A stretch of DNA of 64,000 bases from Pseudomonadota bacterium. GTDB lineage: Bacteria; Pseudomonadota; Alphaproteobacteria; Rhodobacterales; Rhodobacteraceae. The notes under the pieces are model-generated. The model had not been told where the DNA came from. It worked only from the letters and a program-made list of their open reading frames with translations, and made no database searches. Within the stretch, counting starts at the first letter, position 1. The number at the start of each line of letters is the position of its first letter. The stretch spans positions 28,521 through 92,520 of the forward strand of contig JBCDLH010000004.1 of assembly GCA_038745585.1 (NCBI GenBank), in the 5' to 3' direction. This document shows, one piece after another, positions 9,626 through 20,293 of this stretch. The position numbers were made by a program, and so were the translations under genes.

Positions 9626-10225
9626 TTAAGCTGCGGAGGCGTCATCTGGTGTGGCAGAGGCTTTGGCACGGCGGGAGGCGCGTTTCGGTTCTGAGTTTTG
9701 TCTACGCGGGCCAATCTGGCCGTGGGCGTCGTGGACGGTCCACCCCGCCAGAGTGCCGCGGCCAGTCGTTCCCATTGTCAGGACGGCGCCTTCTTCCATT
9801 GTGCAGCCAGGAACGAGACATGCTCTCGCGCCGACCCAGCATGCACCTTTCAGAAAGATCGGTTGCGTTAGGAGATGGGACCTCGGGTTGGTCCAGTCGT
9901 GGCTCCCTGTGCCGAGATAAGCGCCTTGCGATATGCCAGAGTGCGCGCCGATCTCCTCCGGCGCCAGGTTATCGATCCAGACTTGTTTACCGATCCGCAC
10001 ATAATCGCCAATGTGGAGCCACGAGGGAAACTTGACGTGAACCCTCTGCTTGGTGGCGACGTCACGGCCAATACGAGCACCAAACGCCCGAAGGAGCCAA
10101 GCCCGCCAACCAGACCCTGGAAGCCACGAGGCCAAAAGGACGCCCGATGCGATGACCCACGCCGCGTCTCTCCGGCGCGATGCGCCTCTTTCGAAGTCAG
10201 GGTGAAAGAAGAGGTCTAGGCGCAC
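9626..10225 (-). CDS. hexapeptide-repeat acetyltransferase, WcaF-like
   Basis: LLRAFGARIGRDV...FPSWLHIGDYVRIGKQVWIDNLAPEEIGAHSGISQGAYLGTGSHDW...IFLKGACWVGARACLVPGCTMEEGAVL matches the colanic-acid WcaF-type left-handed beta-helix pattern. Confidence 0.8.
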   Translation of the reverse strand: MRLDLFFHPDFERGASRRRDAAWVIASGVLLASWLPGSGWRAWLLRAFGARIGRDVATKQRVHVKFPSWLHIGDYVRIGKQVWIDNLAPEEIGAHSGISQGAYLGTGSHDWTNPRSHLLTQPIFLKGACWVGARACLVPGCTMEEGAVLTMGTTGRGTLAGWTVHDAHGQIGPRRQNSEPKRASRRAKASATPDDASAA

Positions 10226-10231
10226 GGGCGT

Positions 10232-11362
10232 TCAGTCGAAGACGCAATCGGGGCGTACAGCTTTCGCCCCAACCCATTCGTAGACAGAGCACATCTGTCG
10301 CGCGACCTCAGCTGCAGCGAAGTCGCGCATCATCCAAGCACGCCCGCGCGCACCCATGTCGTGGCGTTCGGCTTGAGGCAAGGCCATGGACCCGGCTAGC
10401 GTGTCAGTTAACCGTTGCTGATCCAAGTCGATCCACCAACCGCAGCGATGGGTTTGAAGACCAAGCCAAGGGGCGTTGCGTGTTGTGACGACAGGGACCT
10501 CCTGCGCAAGCGCTTCAGCCACGACGAGACCGAAATTCTCTGCGTAGGTCGGGAGTACGAAAAGGTCAGCGCTGCGATAGAGAAGGTCCTTTGCTCTGCC
10601 GTGAACCTCTCCGAGAAAGCGGAGCCTTGGAAGGCGGAGCGCTTGAGCGAGGCTCTTCATCTCGCGCTCATGCCCGTTCTCCTCGGGCCCGGCAATTACG
10701 AGCTCCCAGTCCAGGAACTTGTGCGAGAGCGCCTGCCATGCGCGCAAGAGCAGCGGCAGGCCCTTCTTTGGGTGAATGCGGCTGAGAAAGAGCAGGCGCT
10801 TCGCCTCCGTTTGCGCTCTGGGCTGAAGATCGGCGATTTCGACCGCGTTGGGGACGATGGCGATCGGATTGCGCAGTCCGGCAGAGCGAAAGTGCTCAGC
10901 CTCCATCTCGGCGGTGGCGCGGAGACAGGCCGCATCACACAAGTGGGCACGCTCGAACGCCGCTAGGGCGAGGCGCTTCTTCCAGGCTGAGTTGGCGCGA
11001 GCCCACGGGTCTAGCATGCCCCGCGGGGTCACGACGTACGGCGTTCCATGCCGGCGATGGTGGCGTAGGTTGGCGAGGGATGGATACGTCCAAAGACCTT
11101 GGACGTCGGTCACATGTGGTGAGAGCGCAGCCAACCGTTTCGGAAGGTTTCGCGTGAAATGCAGCGCGCGAGGGCCTCTTCTCTCCAGCGCGTGAACGTT
11201 TGGAGCCCATCGCGCCGCCTCTTCCGGTCTGCCATGATCGCGTCCGCCGCAGACGTGGACATCGAGACCTTCTTCGGCAAGCCCGTGCGCGAGGCTCGGT
11301 ACCGATGTCGCGAGACCTCCGGCTGCCGAGGAAAGCTGTGCCGTTAGGAGAGCGAGCCTCAT
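10232..11362 (-). CDS. GT4-family glycosyltransferase
   Basis: 376-aa ORF with PTYAENFGLVVAEALAQEVPVVTT (E-x7-E) and an N-terminal GGLATSV donor-binding style loop. Confidence 0.85.
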   Translation of the reverse strand: MRLALLTAQLSSAAGGLATSVPSLAHGLAEEGLDVHVCGGRDHGRPEEAARWAPNVHALERRGPRALHFTRNLPKRLAALSPHVTDVQGLWTYPSLANLRHHRRHGTPYVVTPRGMLDPWARANSAWKKRLALAAFERAHLCDAACLRATAEMEAEHFRSAGLRNPIAIVPNAVEIADLQPRAQTEAKRLLFLSRIHPKKGLPLLLRAWQALSHKFLDWELVIAGPEENGHEREMKSLAQALRLPRLRFLGEVHGRAKDLLYRSADLFVLPTYAENFGLVVAEALAQEVPVVTTRNAPWLGLQTHRCGWWIDLDQQRLTDTLAGSMALPQAERHDMGARGRAWMMRDFAAAEVARQMCSVYEWVGAKAVRPDCVFD

Positions 11363-11381
11363 ACTCTTTCGCGGCTAAGCC

Positions 11382-12353
11382 TTACGCCCGCATCCCGTGT
11401 CCGGAACGGCCGCGGAAGCGGCGCGCCGCAGCGCTGAGCCGATTGGCAAGGCGTGGACCACCGAGCGCGCGGGCAATGCGGATCGGGAGGCGAGCATTGT
11501 GTGGATAGTCTGGACAGAGCACGCGTGCTCTTGCGTGCAGGCGTTTCGCGATCTTCACATCGCTTTCCCACGCACTGAGTGCTAGCGAATCCAGCCGCTG
11601 AGCGAGGGCAATGCGGACCGATACCGGCACGTCTTGGTCGCGCGTTTCGTAATGTGCCATGAGGTCGTCGCAGACCCATTCGCGCGCTTCGAGCTTGCGC
11701 GGATCGTCATCGGCGGAGACGCGATGACCAGAGTTATGGTGGATGTAGAAGTACTGCGTTTCCGGCACCGCCCGAAACGTCGCGCCCGATAGCAGGAGGC
11801 GGATCAAGAGATCGCCATCCTCGTCTGTAACGAGGTTTTCGTTGTAACCGCCAAGCCTACGCAGCAGGTCTTTTGGGAAGAGAGCCCCGCAATGGTGCAG
11901 GAACGGCGCAGTAAGAAGGCGCGCGAGCTGTGCTTCGGCGTCATTACTGACGTCTCGCCATGTTTCATTTTTGGCAGTGCGCCCGGATGGCCACAGATGC
12001 ACCGTCGGCGCGAAAGGAATCGGTCCGTTTGGCTTCGCGGCTCGAAGAAGAGCGGAAAGATGTCCCGCCTCAATCCGATCGTCTACATCGAGGAATTTGA
12101 TCCAATCGCCTTGCGCAGCGCCAAGCCCAGCATTCCGTGCAGCAGACTGACGTCTGTTTTCCGAAAGCTGGATCACTTGGACGCCCACGCTCGCAGCTTC
12201 ATAAAAGACGTCTTCAAACTCCGATCCAGAGCCGTCATCTACGAGAATCCATTGTGTGCTTGCTGTAGCATTTGCTGCAAAGCTATCGAGGTACGCCGCA
12301 ATGCTTACGGGTTTGAAAGCCGGTGTGATCACACTGATTGTGGGAGAAGACAC
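11382..12353 (-). CDS. GT2-family glycosyltransferase
   Basis: ISVITPAFKP, ILVDDGSGSE and FLDVDD (the DxD motif) in the N-terminal GT-A domain. Confidence 0.85.
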   Translation of the reverse strand: MSSPTISVITPAFKPVSIAAYLDSFAANATASTQWILVDDGSGSEFEDVFYEAASVGVQVIQLSENRRQSAARNAGLGAAQGDWIKFLDVDDRIEAGHLSALLRAAKPNGPIPFAPTVHLWPSGRTAKNETWRDVSNDAEAQLARLLTAPFLHHCGALFPKDLLRRLGGYNENLVTDEDGDLLIRLLLSGATFRAVPETQYFYIHHNSGHRVSADDDPRKLEAREWVCDDLMAHYETRDQDVPVSVRIALAQRLDSLALSAWESDVKIAKRLHARARVLCPDYPHNARLPIRIARALGGPRLANRLSAAARRFRGRSGHGMRA

Positions 12354-12598
12354 GAAATACTCTTTAGGTTGACGAGGCTACAAGTTCTGCTTTTAGCAAG
12401 GATTAGCTACGAGAGGCTTGTTTGATCTCAAGAAATGAATACGTATATCTTCAATTGACACTTATTTCACATTGAAAACCTGGGGCCGTCGCGATAGCCT
12501 TGTTTATCACGCTATAGCCCAACTATTCTTGCAAAGCTCAAGCGAAGCTTTGACGAGATCCGTATTCCAAGGAATGAACTATTGATGATCAGCCACGT

Positions 12599-13570
12599 TC
12601 AAGATGGCGCGACCCGATTACGTTGGAGCCGTGACGCAAGTCGTTCCTTACGTTCCAAACCTAGCAACATGCTAGACACAACATGGCTCGCTTTTCCCTG
12701 ATAGGCGGGCCAGCCCGACAGCCGGCGATGGGCAGTCATGAAATTCAGCGTATATAAAAATCCATTGCGCGCGGCCATACGTTCTAGGTTATGGGTCGCA
12801 TAGGACAGAGCATGGGACATCCTTGCAGTAACCATTCCCACCTCTTCCATTGACCTCTGCGCGCGTGTAATCACCCTAAAAGCGTCCATTAGTTTTCGGG
12901 CACTTACTGTGTTCGAAATCCGATGTGTGCCTGAGTGCTGCCAATAAACCGCGCGCGCTTCAAGGCTCGTTGCAGGCTTTGCCCCTGCGATCACAGCTCG
13001 TAAGATGAGGTCGCCATCTTGGTTTTTCTGAAGAGTCTCATCCCATCCCCCATCGGGCAAGCTCTCCCTCCGCCAAAGTATCCCACACGGTGGGACGTAG
13101 GCACCGCGGAGCCAATCGATTATTAAGTCCTCAGCCTGACTGGTCCTTGGGCGTTTGCGGGCGTCATTGGCCCCAGATGGATGCACCTCAACGGTCTCCC
13201 CAAATGCAAGGTCGGCATCTTCCGATTGCAATGTTGCTAGAAGGGCGCATAAGCACCCTGGTTTGAGAAAATCATCGGCATCGAGAAACATGATGTAGTC
13301 GCCCATCGAAAGCTCCAGGCCGCGATTGCGCGCAGCGCAAGCACCTTTTTTCTCGTTGCTTTCCCATTGAATTGAACACCCATAATCTCTTATTTCTATG
13401 AGACTATTATCAGTAGATCCATCATCAATTACGATAATCTCAAGATTCAATTCTTTCTGGATCAAAACACTTTCAATTGCTCGACCGACCCAGCTTTCGG
13501 CATTGAAACAGGGTATGATTACGCTGATGCTTTGAGTCATTTGATTTACGACATGAGTACCTTTGTTCAT
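12599..13570 (-). CDS. GT2-family glycosyltransferase (A+T-richer gene)
   Basis: ISVIIPCFNAE, IVIDDGSTDNS and FLDADD. The start could instead be the internal Met at 13540. Confidence 0.85.
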   Translation of the reverse strand: MNKGTHVVNQMTQSISVIIPCFNAESWVGRAIESVLIQKELNLEIIVIDDGSTDNSLIEIRDYGCSIQWESNEKKGACAARNRGLELSMGDYIMFLDADDFLKPGCLCALLATLQSEDADLAFGETVEVHPSGANDARKRPRTSQAEDLIIDWLRGAYVPPCGILWRRESLPDGGWDETLQKNQDGDLILRAVIAGAKPATSLEARAVYWQHSGTHRISNTVSARKLMDAFRVITRAQRSMEEVGMVTARMSHALSYATHNLERMAARNGFLYTLNFMTAHRRLSGWPAYQGKASHVVSSMLLGLERKERLASRLQRNRVAPS

Positions 13571-13630
13571 CCAAGAAAACCCGAGTGTGCCTCATCTCCA
13601 CGACTTGGTTGATATGGTGAAGGAAACGGG

Positions 13631-14767
13631 TTAGGCCTCAAGCTTCATGATGTGACGCAATCTCTCGCCCGTCCGCTCGTGGGTGAATTCTGTCTGGGCT
13701 CGCTTCCGACCAGCGGCACCCATCGAACTTGCAAGACCCGGCTCTGCGAGCAGTCGCTCCATTGCTCGCGCCATACCGTCGACATTGCCTTCGGCAACGA
13801 GGAGGCCGGTAGTCTCGTGCACGACAGCCTCTGGAATGCCGCTGTGAAAGGTGCTTATCACTGGCAAGCCATTGGCCATGGCCTCGAGGATCGCAACTGG
13901 GAGACCCTCGCAATCCCCACTAGGTGCCTCGACTGAATGTTGGACAAATGCAAACGCCCGAGCAAGCTTTCCTAGTACTACATTATGTGGCTGTCCGCCT
14001 AGCAGTGATACTCGGCCGGCCAATCCAAGACTTGCAACTTCGGCCAAGCACTGATTTCTGAGCGGTCCGTCCCCAATCATCTCCAGTCTAATCAAGGGAA
14101 CTCTTTGTGCCAATTGGGCAAAGGCGCGAATAGTCAAAATTGGTGCTTTCTTGTCGACGAGACGTCCGACTGCGAGAAAAAATATCTCATCTCTCTTTGA
14201 TAATGAAGGGTAGGTTGCTTTGACGCCGCAGGGGCTAACATGGATTTTATCGTCAGGACACCCACTTTCCATAAGTCGTTTCGAAATGAAATTGGACGGA
14301 GCGATTACGCCTGCGGCGTCCTTGAAGAGCCGCCGATAAAGGGTTGGCCAAGGCCGCTCGCGCACGAGCCGTGTAGCGTCGTAACCATGAAAGTGAACAA
14401 AAAGTGGAATGGCAGCGCGTTTGCAGGCTAGCCGGATTAGACAAGCATTCGGCCCATACTCTGCCAGAACGGCCTTCACGCGGTGAAACTGCAAGAAGGC
14501 ACGAACGCGTGCCTCATGTGCACCCCGAAGCGTTGGATCCACGTAGCGCCACCAACGAAAATTGAAACTATTGTTTGCTCTTTCCAATCCGTTTCGAGGG
14601 GGCGCCAGTGGACGGATGCCACACAAATACGGCAGTCCAAACATGGATGCATCTGTATTACTTCGACTGATGAGAACGCTCCTGCCAGGATACACATTAT
14701 AAACATGTTCCCGAATAAAAGTCTCGGTGTCTTTATCGAAACTCTGTGCGCAGATTGCCAACGTCAT
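13631..14767 (-). CDS. GT4-family glycosyltransferase
   Basis: 378-aa ORF with SVEAPSGDCEGLPVAILEAMANGLPVISTFHSGIPE (GT-B E-x7-E region). Confidence 0.85.
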   Translation of the reverse strand: MTLAICAQSFDKDTETFIREHVYNVYPGRSVLISRSNTDASMFGLPYLCGIRPLAPPRNGLERANNSFNFRWWRYVDPTLRGAHEARVRAFLQFHRVKAVLAEYGPNACLIRLACKRAAIPLFVHFHGYDATRLVRERPWPTLYRRLFKDAAGVIAPSNFISKRLMESGCPDDKIHVSPCGVKATYPSLSKRDEIFFLAVGRLVDKKAPILTIRAFAQLAQRVPLIRLEMIGDGPLRNQCLAEVASLGLAGRVSLLGGQPHNVVLGKLARAFAFVQHSVEAPSGDCEGLPVAILEAMANGLPVISTFHSGIPEAVVHETTGLLVAEGNVDGMARAMERLLAEPGLASSMGAAGRKRAQTEFTHERTGERLRHIMKLEA

Positions 14768-15185
14768 TTTTCAAAACTCTGAAGAGAAGACTGAACGGGC
14801 CGGATCAATCTTGATATGTCGATAGGAAACACTTGACGGAGTGCCAACTGGCGGTCAGCCTCGTTGCTCTTTTTTCTATAAGCGTACTGAGCTGATGGTA
14901 TGCTTCGCGCATGCAGCCAAGACCCTTCCACGACGGCACACCGGCGTCTGTGATTGCCGAAAGAAGAAATAATGCTCCTCGCGTAAATCCACATATCTAA
15001 ACCATTATTCCTTAACTCTATACTTTCTACTCATTCCGCTCGTAAGCCTTAGCCGTTGGAAATAGAGCTTGGTAGATAGGCCGCACAAGATAGCAGGACC
15101 GGCGACGCCTCGTTGACAGTTGGCGCTTGATAGGACAACACAGCAAATTCAATTGTGGTACTTCCTGTTTGCACCAGTCTAGACA

Positions 15186-15854
15186 TCAAGTAGTGCGCTT
15201 TGATGCAGCGATGCGTCCGGTGTCAGGTGTGACAAGTCCAAGAATGCGGTCTATCAGCGTTGTTTTGCCGGCTCTGCTGTCACCAACGATACCAAGCCGT
15301 TCCCCGGCTTGAATCCTAAGGGAAACTTGATTTATGCCACGGCGGTTCGCTCTAGAATAGCTGTATGAGAGGTCTTGAAGCTTCAGCGCGCGCTTTAGCG
15401 AGACTCGGCCCGCGGCGCCGTAAACAGGTAGGGGCATTCGTCCCGAACCAAGCTCTGAATACCCTTTGTCGAGGGCTTTTGAACCATCGTCCGTAAGGGT
15501 GATCGACTGGTGCAGCTTTTGCATCTCGTGCACCAGCTTTTGGCCGGTGAAGACGATGACGCCTATGATTGGCATCAAAGTAACAAGCTCGAAGCCATTT
15601 TGCATCTCTGACGTCACCAGCACGGCAAGACCGTGTACGATCAATCCACCAAGCGTAGATGAAAGAGCGCCTAAGATCATCGCAATTAGGACTTTGAATG
15701 CATTAACTTGTTTGTGGCGATCTAACAAAGACCACATTGTGTAAGGTGAACCTCCTTCAGAAAAAAGTGTAGCTGAAGGAGGGCATGGCGGCCATTTTCT
15801 CATTGAAGCGGGGCCTTCATAAGGAAGACGCTTCAACTTTTGAATGCGCCTCAA
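15186..15854 (-). pseudogene. truncated ABC exporter (short TM region plus an NBD that stops just after Walker A)
   Basis: LKLQDLSYSYSRANRRGINQVSLRIQAGERLGIVGDSRAGKTTLIDRILGLVTPDTGRI, then a stop. There is no Q-loop, signature motif or Walker B, and no continuation is readable downstream. Confidence 0.65.
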
Positions 15855-16528
15855 TGAGAAAATATTATGCTATTTCTTGTTTTCAGATGGCGTTGCGAAA
15901 TGATAATGTCATAAGCTTAGCTATCAGAGCTGAGTGCGCTTAGGTGTCTGTATATTTATGGGATTTTCTTTTGTCTGGACAAGGCGGATCTTGAGGCAAT
16001 TGAGACTCGCACCAGGTGGACGAGCAATCGGTGTCTTTTCACAACCAACCCATGTTCCAAGAATTGCCAGGCAATAGATGTTTGTCCCGCTGATTGAGCC
16101 GTACTCCGCGCTGTAAGTGAACTCAATTCCATAGATCTCGCCCAATAGTAGAAGATAGCTACCGCACTCCAGCTTACCGTGGGCACGCAATGATGAGTAT
16201 CATGCAGTCATGAGCATGCTATCCAGTTTTGGAGCGCTCGCTGACACAGTGATTATCATAAAAGGTCTTACATTCAACCCTAAATTGAATCGTGCTCGAA
16301 GTCGGTCGACGGATGGACGCGCGAGGTAGTTTTTTGCCACTGAACTTATAGCGGCCGAGCAAGGAGTCGCTTCAATAGGCGTTGTACACCCAGATGCTCT
16401 ACCAATGACAGAATTCTGGCTGGTGATTGGGGCCTCAGTTGTGTCCAAATCTGTCGGCCGCCCAGGCTCGTTAACCGATTCTTAACCAATTACGCGCTTA
16501 GCTCCAGCGAGTAAGCGGAGTCGCGCGT

Positions 16529-17410
16529 ATGAGAACACGCGGAATATGTGAGTTTTGCGACCGCGTCCGGGCCTTTTCCGTCCGGTTGTTTCTTCGCATG
16601 TGGATCGGTCGGTTCTTGAAGGGATATCTTGATGCTCTCTTGGAACGACGCGGACAAATGCGCACATCGCTTGCTGATCCGGGGGCCGTACGGAAATCCC
16701 TTGCATGCCTCTTTCCCAGAGACGTGGGACACAGGCTGGTTCGCCTTGGCGGCGATCACGACGGGGGCTATCTTGTTCCCGACGATTTGGACGGGCTCTC
16801 TGCCTGTTTCTCCCCTGGGGTTTCTGACGTCGCCGACTTTGAACGCGACCTAGCGCAACGCCTTGGTATTCGCTGCTTTCTTGCCGACGCGAGCGTCGAG
16901 GGTCCGCCCGTAGATGACCCGCACTTTACCTTCGTGCGCAAGTTCCTTGGCACATCAACCGGTCCGCAGACCATGCGCCTTTCCGATTGGGTCACCAGTC
17001 AAGTTGCGGCAGCTGACTACGACCTGCTTTTGCAGATGGACATTGAAGGCGCTGAGCTAGATGTCATACTGGACACGCCGGCCGACGTCTTGCGGCGTTT
17101 TCGAATCATCGTTGTCGAACTCCACCAGATGCACGAAGTGTTCACAGTCAATGGCAATCGTATCTATGAGCGCTTTCTGCATCATCTGACGCGTGATCAT
17201 ACGCCAGTGCACCTGCATCCCAACAATTGCTGTGGTGTAGAAACGCATTTTGGGATCAGTATTCCAAGAGTATTGGAGTTAAGCCTCCTCCGAAATGATC
17301 GCTTTACATGGGATCGACCGACCAAAAGTCCTACCCATCCCCTAGATCGGCGAAATGTAGCAAGCAGCCCGGATTTGACTCTTTCAGACGTCTTCTTCGA
17401 TGCAGCCTAA
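16529..17410 (+). CDS. FkbM-like methyltransferase-fold protein (tentative)
   Basis: DLLLQMDIEGAELDVILDTPADVLRRFRIIVVELH resembles the K(I/M)D(V/I)EGxE motif of FkbM-family proteins. The N-terminal SAM loop is atypical (LGGDHDGGY). The true start may be the Met at 16658. Confidence 0.5.
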   Translation: MRTRGICEFCDRVRAFSVRLFLRMWIGRFLKGYLDALLERRGQMRTSLADPGAVRKSLACLFPRDVGHRLVRLGGDHDGGYLVPDDLDGLSACFSPGVSDVADFERDLAQRLGIRCFLADASVEGPPVDDPHFTFVRKFLGTSTGPQTMRLSDWVTSQVAAADYDLLLQMDIEGAELDVILDTPADVLRRFRIIVVELHQMHEVFTVNGNRIYERFLHHLTRDHTPVHLHPNNCCGVETHFGISIPRVLELSLLRNDRFTWDRPTKSPTHPLDRRNVASSPDLTLSDVFFDAA

Positions 17411-18244
17411 ATTGAACGGATCAGAACGAAGCGTGTTGGTTCCAACGGCCGTGCGGATCACTGCGTAAACGCAATGCAAGGCGCCAGCGTGTGCCCATCT
17501 GCTTAGCAGTGAGATTTGTGACATAGCACGAGATCAACGAAGGCTGGATTGCAAAGGGTAGCTGCTAGTTGCTTCGACCAATGTAAAATGAAAAGGAGAG
17601 TAGAGCTTTCCTGTTTGTGGTAGATAAAAAACGCAGAGGCTGTTGTGGAAGGATTGCTCTTGAGGCATGGTCATAGCTGCCCAAACGTCGACACGTGCGA
17701 CGCTGACACGCATTACACCGGGCGCGAAGGATGCGTTCACAGAGATCCCTGCCTCACACACCCATCTCACGCCAACTGTTTTACTTTTCAGTCTGCCGGA
17801 CACCTTTCTCCAATCTAGCTGTGGCGTCGCTGATCAAAATTTGGGTTTTCTCTCGAATAATGCAACGGAAAACATCCTTTGCATGGGCGACGCTGGCCGT
17901 TCGAACCCACCTTTGTCCTGTAAGGTTCGATGCTAAAATCTTTGACGCTTAACAATACGAGCACACTGATTGACCAAGTTTCTCTCCAATTGCCAATGGG
18001 GCTAAAGCTTTGATCTGCTGCAGTGCAAGTCCCTTTTGGCCCGCTGAGGATGCGACGAAGCTCGTCAACCCATTTGAATTTAGGAGGAACCTTGAAATAT
18101 AACGACAGATCAATGTGCAGAAATGGGCTGATGATCCTGTCGCGAGGAGACTGAAAGTGGTTGCTTGCGATCTGCTCGTGAAAAAGCGAGATCTCGGTCA
18201 TCCGACGGCCTTTGAGAGCTAGGCTGTTGTCCGTTCCTGGGGAG

Positions 18245-20293
18245 ATGCCGCGTGCGGGGATACTGACATACCGTGTGGAGATTGACGGGTTGCGAGCCAT
18301 CGCTGTCTTGGCCGTGATCTCCAACCACTTCAGCGAGCACATTTTCTCCCGTGGCTATCTCGGTGTTGACATGTTCTTTGTTCTTTCTGGGTTCTTGATC
18401 ACGGGAGCACTTTCTGGGCGTACCGAAAACCGCTTGCTACCCTTCCTGGCCGACTTCTACCTCCGACGAACGAAGCGGCTGCTTCCCGCGCTCGTCCTGT
18501 GTTTGGTTACGACGGCAATAGTCTTTTCCTTCTTTGCATCGAATGCGCGGCCGTACCTAAAGACAGGGCTCTTTGCCCTCGTTGGCTTATCGAATCTTTG
18601 GCTGTATACGCAATCATCTGACTATTTCGCCGAGAGCGCAGAGCTAAACCCCTATACACACACGTGGTCGCTCGGCGTTGAAGAGCAGTTTTACCTAGTT
18701 TTCCCACTGTTGCTATGGCTCGGAGCAAGAGCACTTGGGGCTCGTGGTACGATAGGGATGGTCGCAGGGCTTTCGTCGCTCTCGGCACTTGCATGGTTTT
18801 GGACTTCGAAAACGGATGAGTTGGCAGCGTTTTATCTGCCGATACTTCGTTTTTGGGAACTAGGTTTCGGGTCGACGCTTTTTTTGTGCAATGCGCGGCT
18901 TCCGGGTGCGGTCTTGCGATGGGCGGGCTCGGCAAAGCTGGCTGCATTCTGTCTGCTTGTTTTAGTTTTGACTGGTGTGCTCCCGCTCGACCCTCAAGTC
19001 GCACTCCTGGCAACAGTGTTGGTGACGGGGACGCTTGTCCTACTGACCGCTCCGGACGCTCGTCAACTCAGCATTCTGCGAGCCCGCATAGTCGTCCATT
19101 TGGGACAAATTTCTTATGCGCTGTACCTTTGGCACTGGCCTGTTGTCGTCCTCTTCGGATGGACTGTTGGGTTGTCCGGCGCGAGCGCCGTGATTGCTTT
19201 GGCGCTCTCGTACGCCCTCGCTCACCTTAGCTACCGCTACGTTGAAGAACCGCTACGTCGGGCACCGTGGTCTACGTCGCGTTGGCGCGAAGGCTTGGCT
19301 GGAGCGGTCCTGCTCAGTGTCAGCGCGCTTGCATTGCTCCTCTTAATTCGCGCACCAGAGGGCTCCCTTTATCTCGGGCGACCTGCTGACTTGATAGCCG
19401 CAGGCCCGGCAAGCTTACAGAGTCCATATGCTTCGGAGTCTGGCGCTTTTTGGGCCGGTTCCGCATGCGTGTTGTCTTCTAACAAAGAAGTCGGAGAAGA
19501 CATCAAGGCGGACCAATGCGTCGTGGGCGAGCCGTTGGAAAGCGCAAAGCGCCGTGTCTTGGTCATCGGTGACAGCTTCTCCGCCGCTTTCGTGCAAGCC
19601 TTTGACGGTCGTCACAACCGAGGAATATCGACAATCCTAACCTCGTCGTGGGGCGCCGCTTTCGCGCCAGGCGTACCGAACGACCAACCTTGGCGAAAGG
19701 CCAGCGACTACTATTGGTCTAGCGTGGTGCCACATTTGATCGCCACGCTATCGCAAGACGATCAGGTTGTGATAGTCAGCGATCTCTCTGTATTCTCCCC
19801 TGCGGAGGCGAGCCAAGTCAGAGCTCGACTCATCGACGATGCAGAGCTTGGATTGCGTAAGCTTGCAGCCGAACTAGCCCTCCGCGGCATCGGGCTCAGC
19901 GTCCTCGGCCCCTTACCATTCGCGCGGGATGCGGCATGCAGCCCAGAGCGAGGTCAGGCGCAGTGGTTTTCTCCATTCGGTTCGACATGCAGCTTCTTAA
20001 CGCGCGACGAGACCCTCAAGCGCATGACACCGATCGCCGACCGGCTCGATGCGCTTCAGGCGGAAGGTGTGCTTCGGGTGCTCAACCTTTTCGAGCCGTT
20101 TTGCGAGGGAGAGGTGTGCGACTATGTCGATGCGAGTGGCACTCTGCTCTACCGCGATGTTTATTCCCACGCGAGTATCGAAGCAGCTTGGTCCGTTCGT
20201 CCACTGATCGCAGCCCATCTTGCTTCGTTCTGGGAAAAGCGTCCTGCGCCAAAGCCCGTACCCGCGGCGATGCCAAAGGGTCAGAGCGAATGA
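18245..20293 (+). CDS. acyltransferase-3 (OafA/YrhL-type) polysaccharide O-acyltransferase with C-terminal SGNH-like domain
   Basis: RVEIDGLRAIAVLAVISNHF and about 10 TM segments, then a soluble C-terminal domain containing VLVIGDSFSAAF. The start is set at the internal ATG (MPRAGILTY). Confidence 0.85.
   Translation: MPRAGILTYRVEIDGLRAIAVLAVISNHFSEHIFSRGYLGVDMFFVLSGFLITGALSGRTENRLLPFLADFYLRRTKRLLPALVLCLVTTAIVFSFFASNARPYLKTGLFALVGLSNLWLYTQSSDYFAESAELNPYTHTWSLGVEEQFYLVFPLLLWLGARALGARGTIGMVAGLSSLSALAWFWTSKTDELAAFYLPILRFWELGFGSTLFLCNARLPGAVLRWAGSAKLAAFCLLVLVLTGVLPLDPQVALLATVLVTGTLVLLTAPDARQLSILRARIVVHLGQISYALYLWHWPVVVLFGWTVGLSGASAVIALALSYALAHLSYRYVEEPLRRAPWSTSRWREGLAGAVLLSVSALALLLLIRAPEGSLYLGRPADLIAAGPASLQSPYASESGAFWAGSACVLSSNKEVGEDIKADQCVVGEPLESAKRRVLVIGDSFSAAFVQAFDGRHNRGISTILTSSWGAAFAPGVPNDQPWRKASDYYWSSVVPHLIATLSQDDQVVIVSDLSVFSPAEASQVRARLIDDAELGLRKLAAELALRGIGLSVLGPLPFARDAACSPERGQAQWFSPFGSTCSFLTRDETLKRMTPIADRLDALQAEGVLRVLNLFEPFCEGEVCDYVDASGTLLYRDVYSHASIEAAWSVRPLIAAHLASFWEKRPAPKPVPAAMPKGQSE

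Noticed and set aside
17815-18342. 175-aa minus-strand ORF divergent from, and overlapping the start of, the acyltransferase gene
   Set aside because: The upstream part overlaps the acyltransferase coding start, and the remainder (from Met at 18201) has no motif or convincing RBS. It may be a relic in the decayed region, but I cannot support it as a gene.
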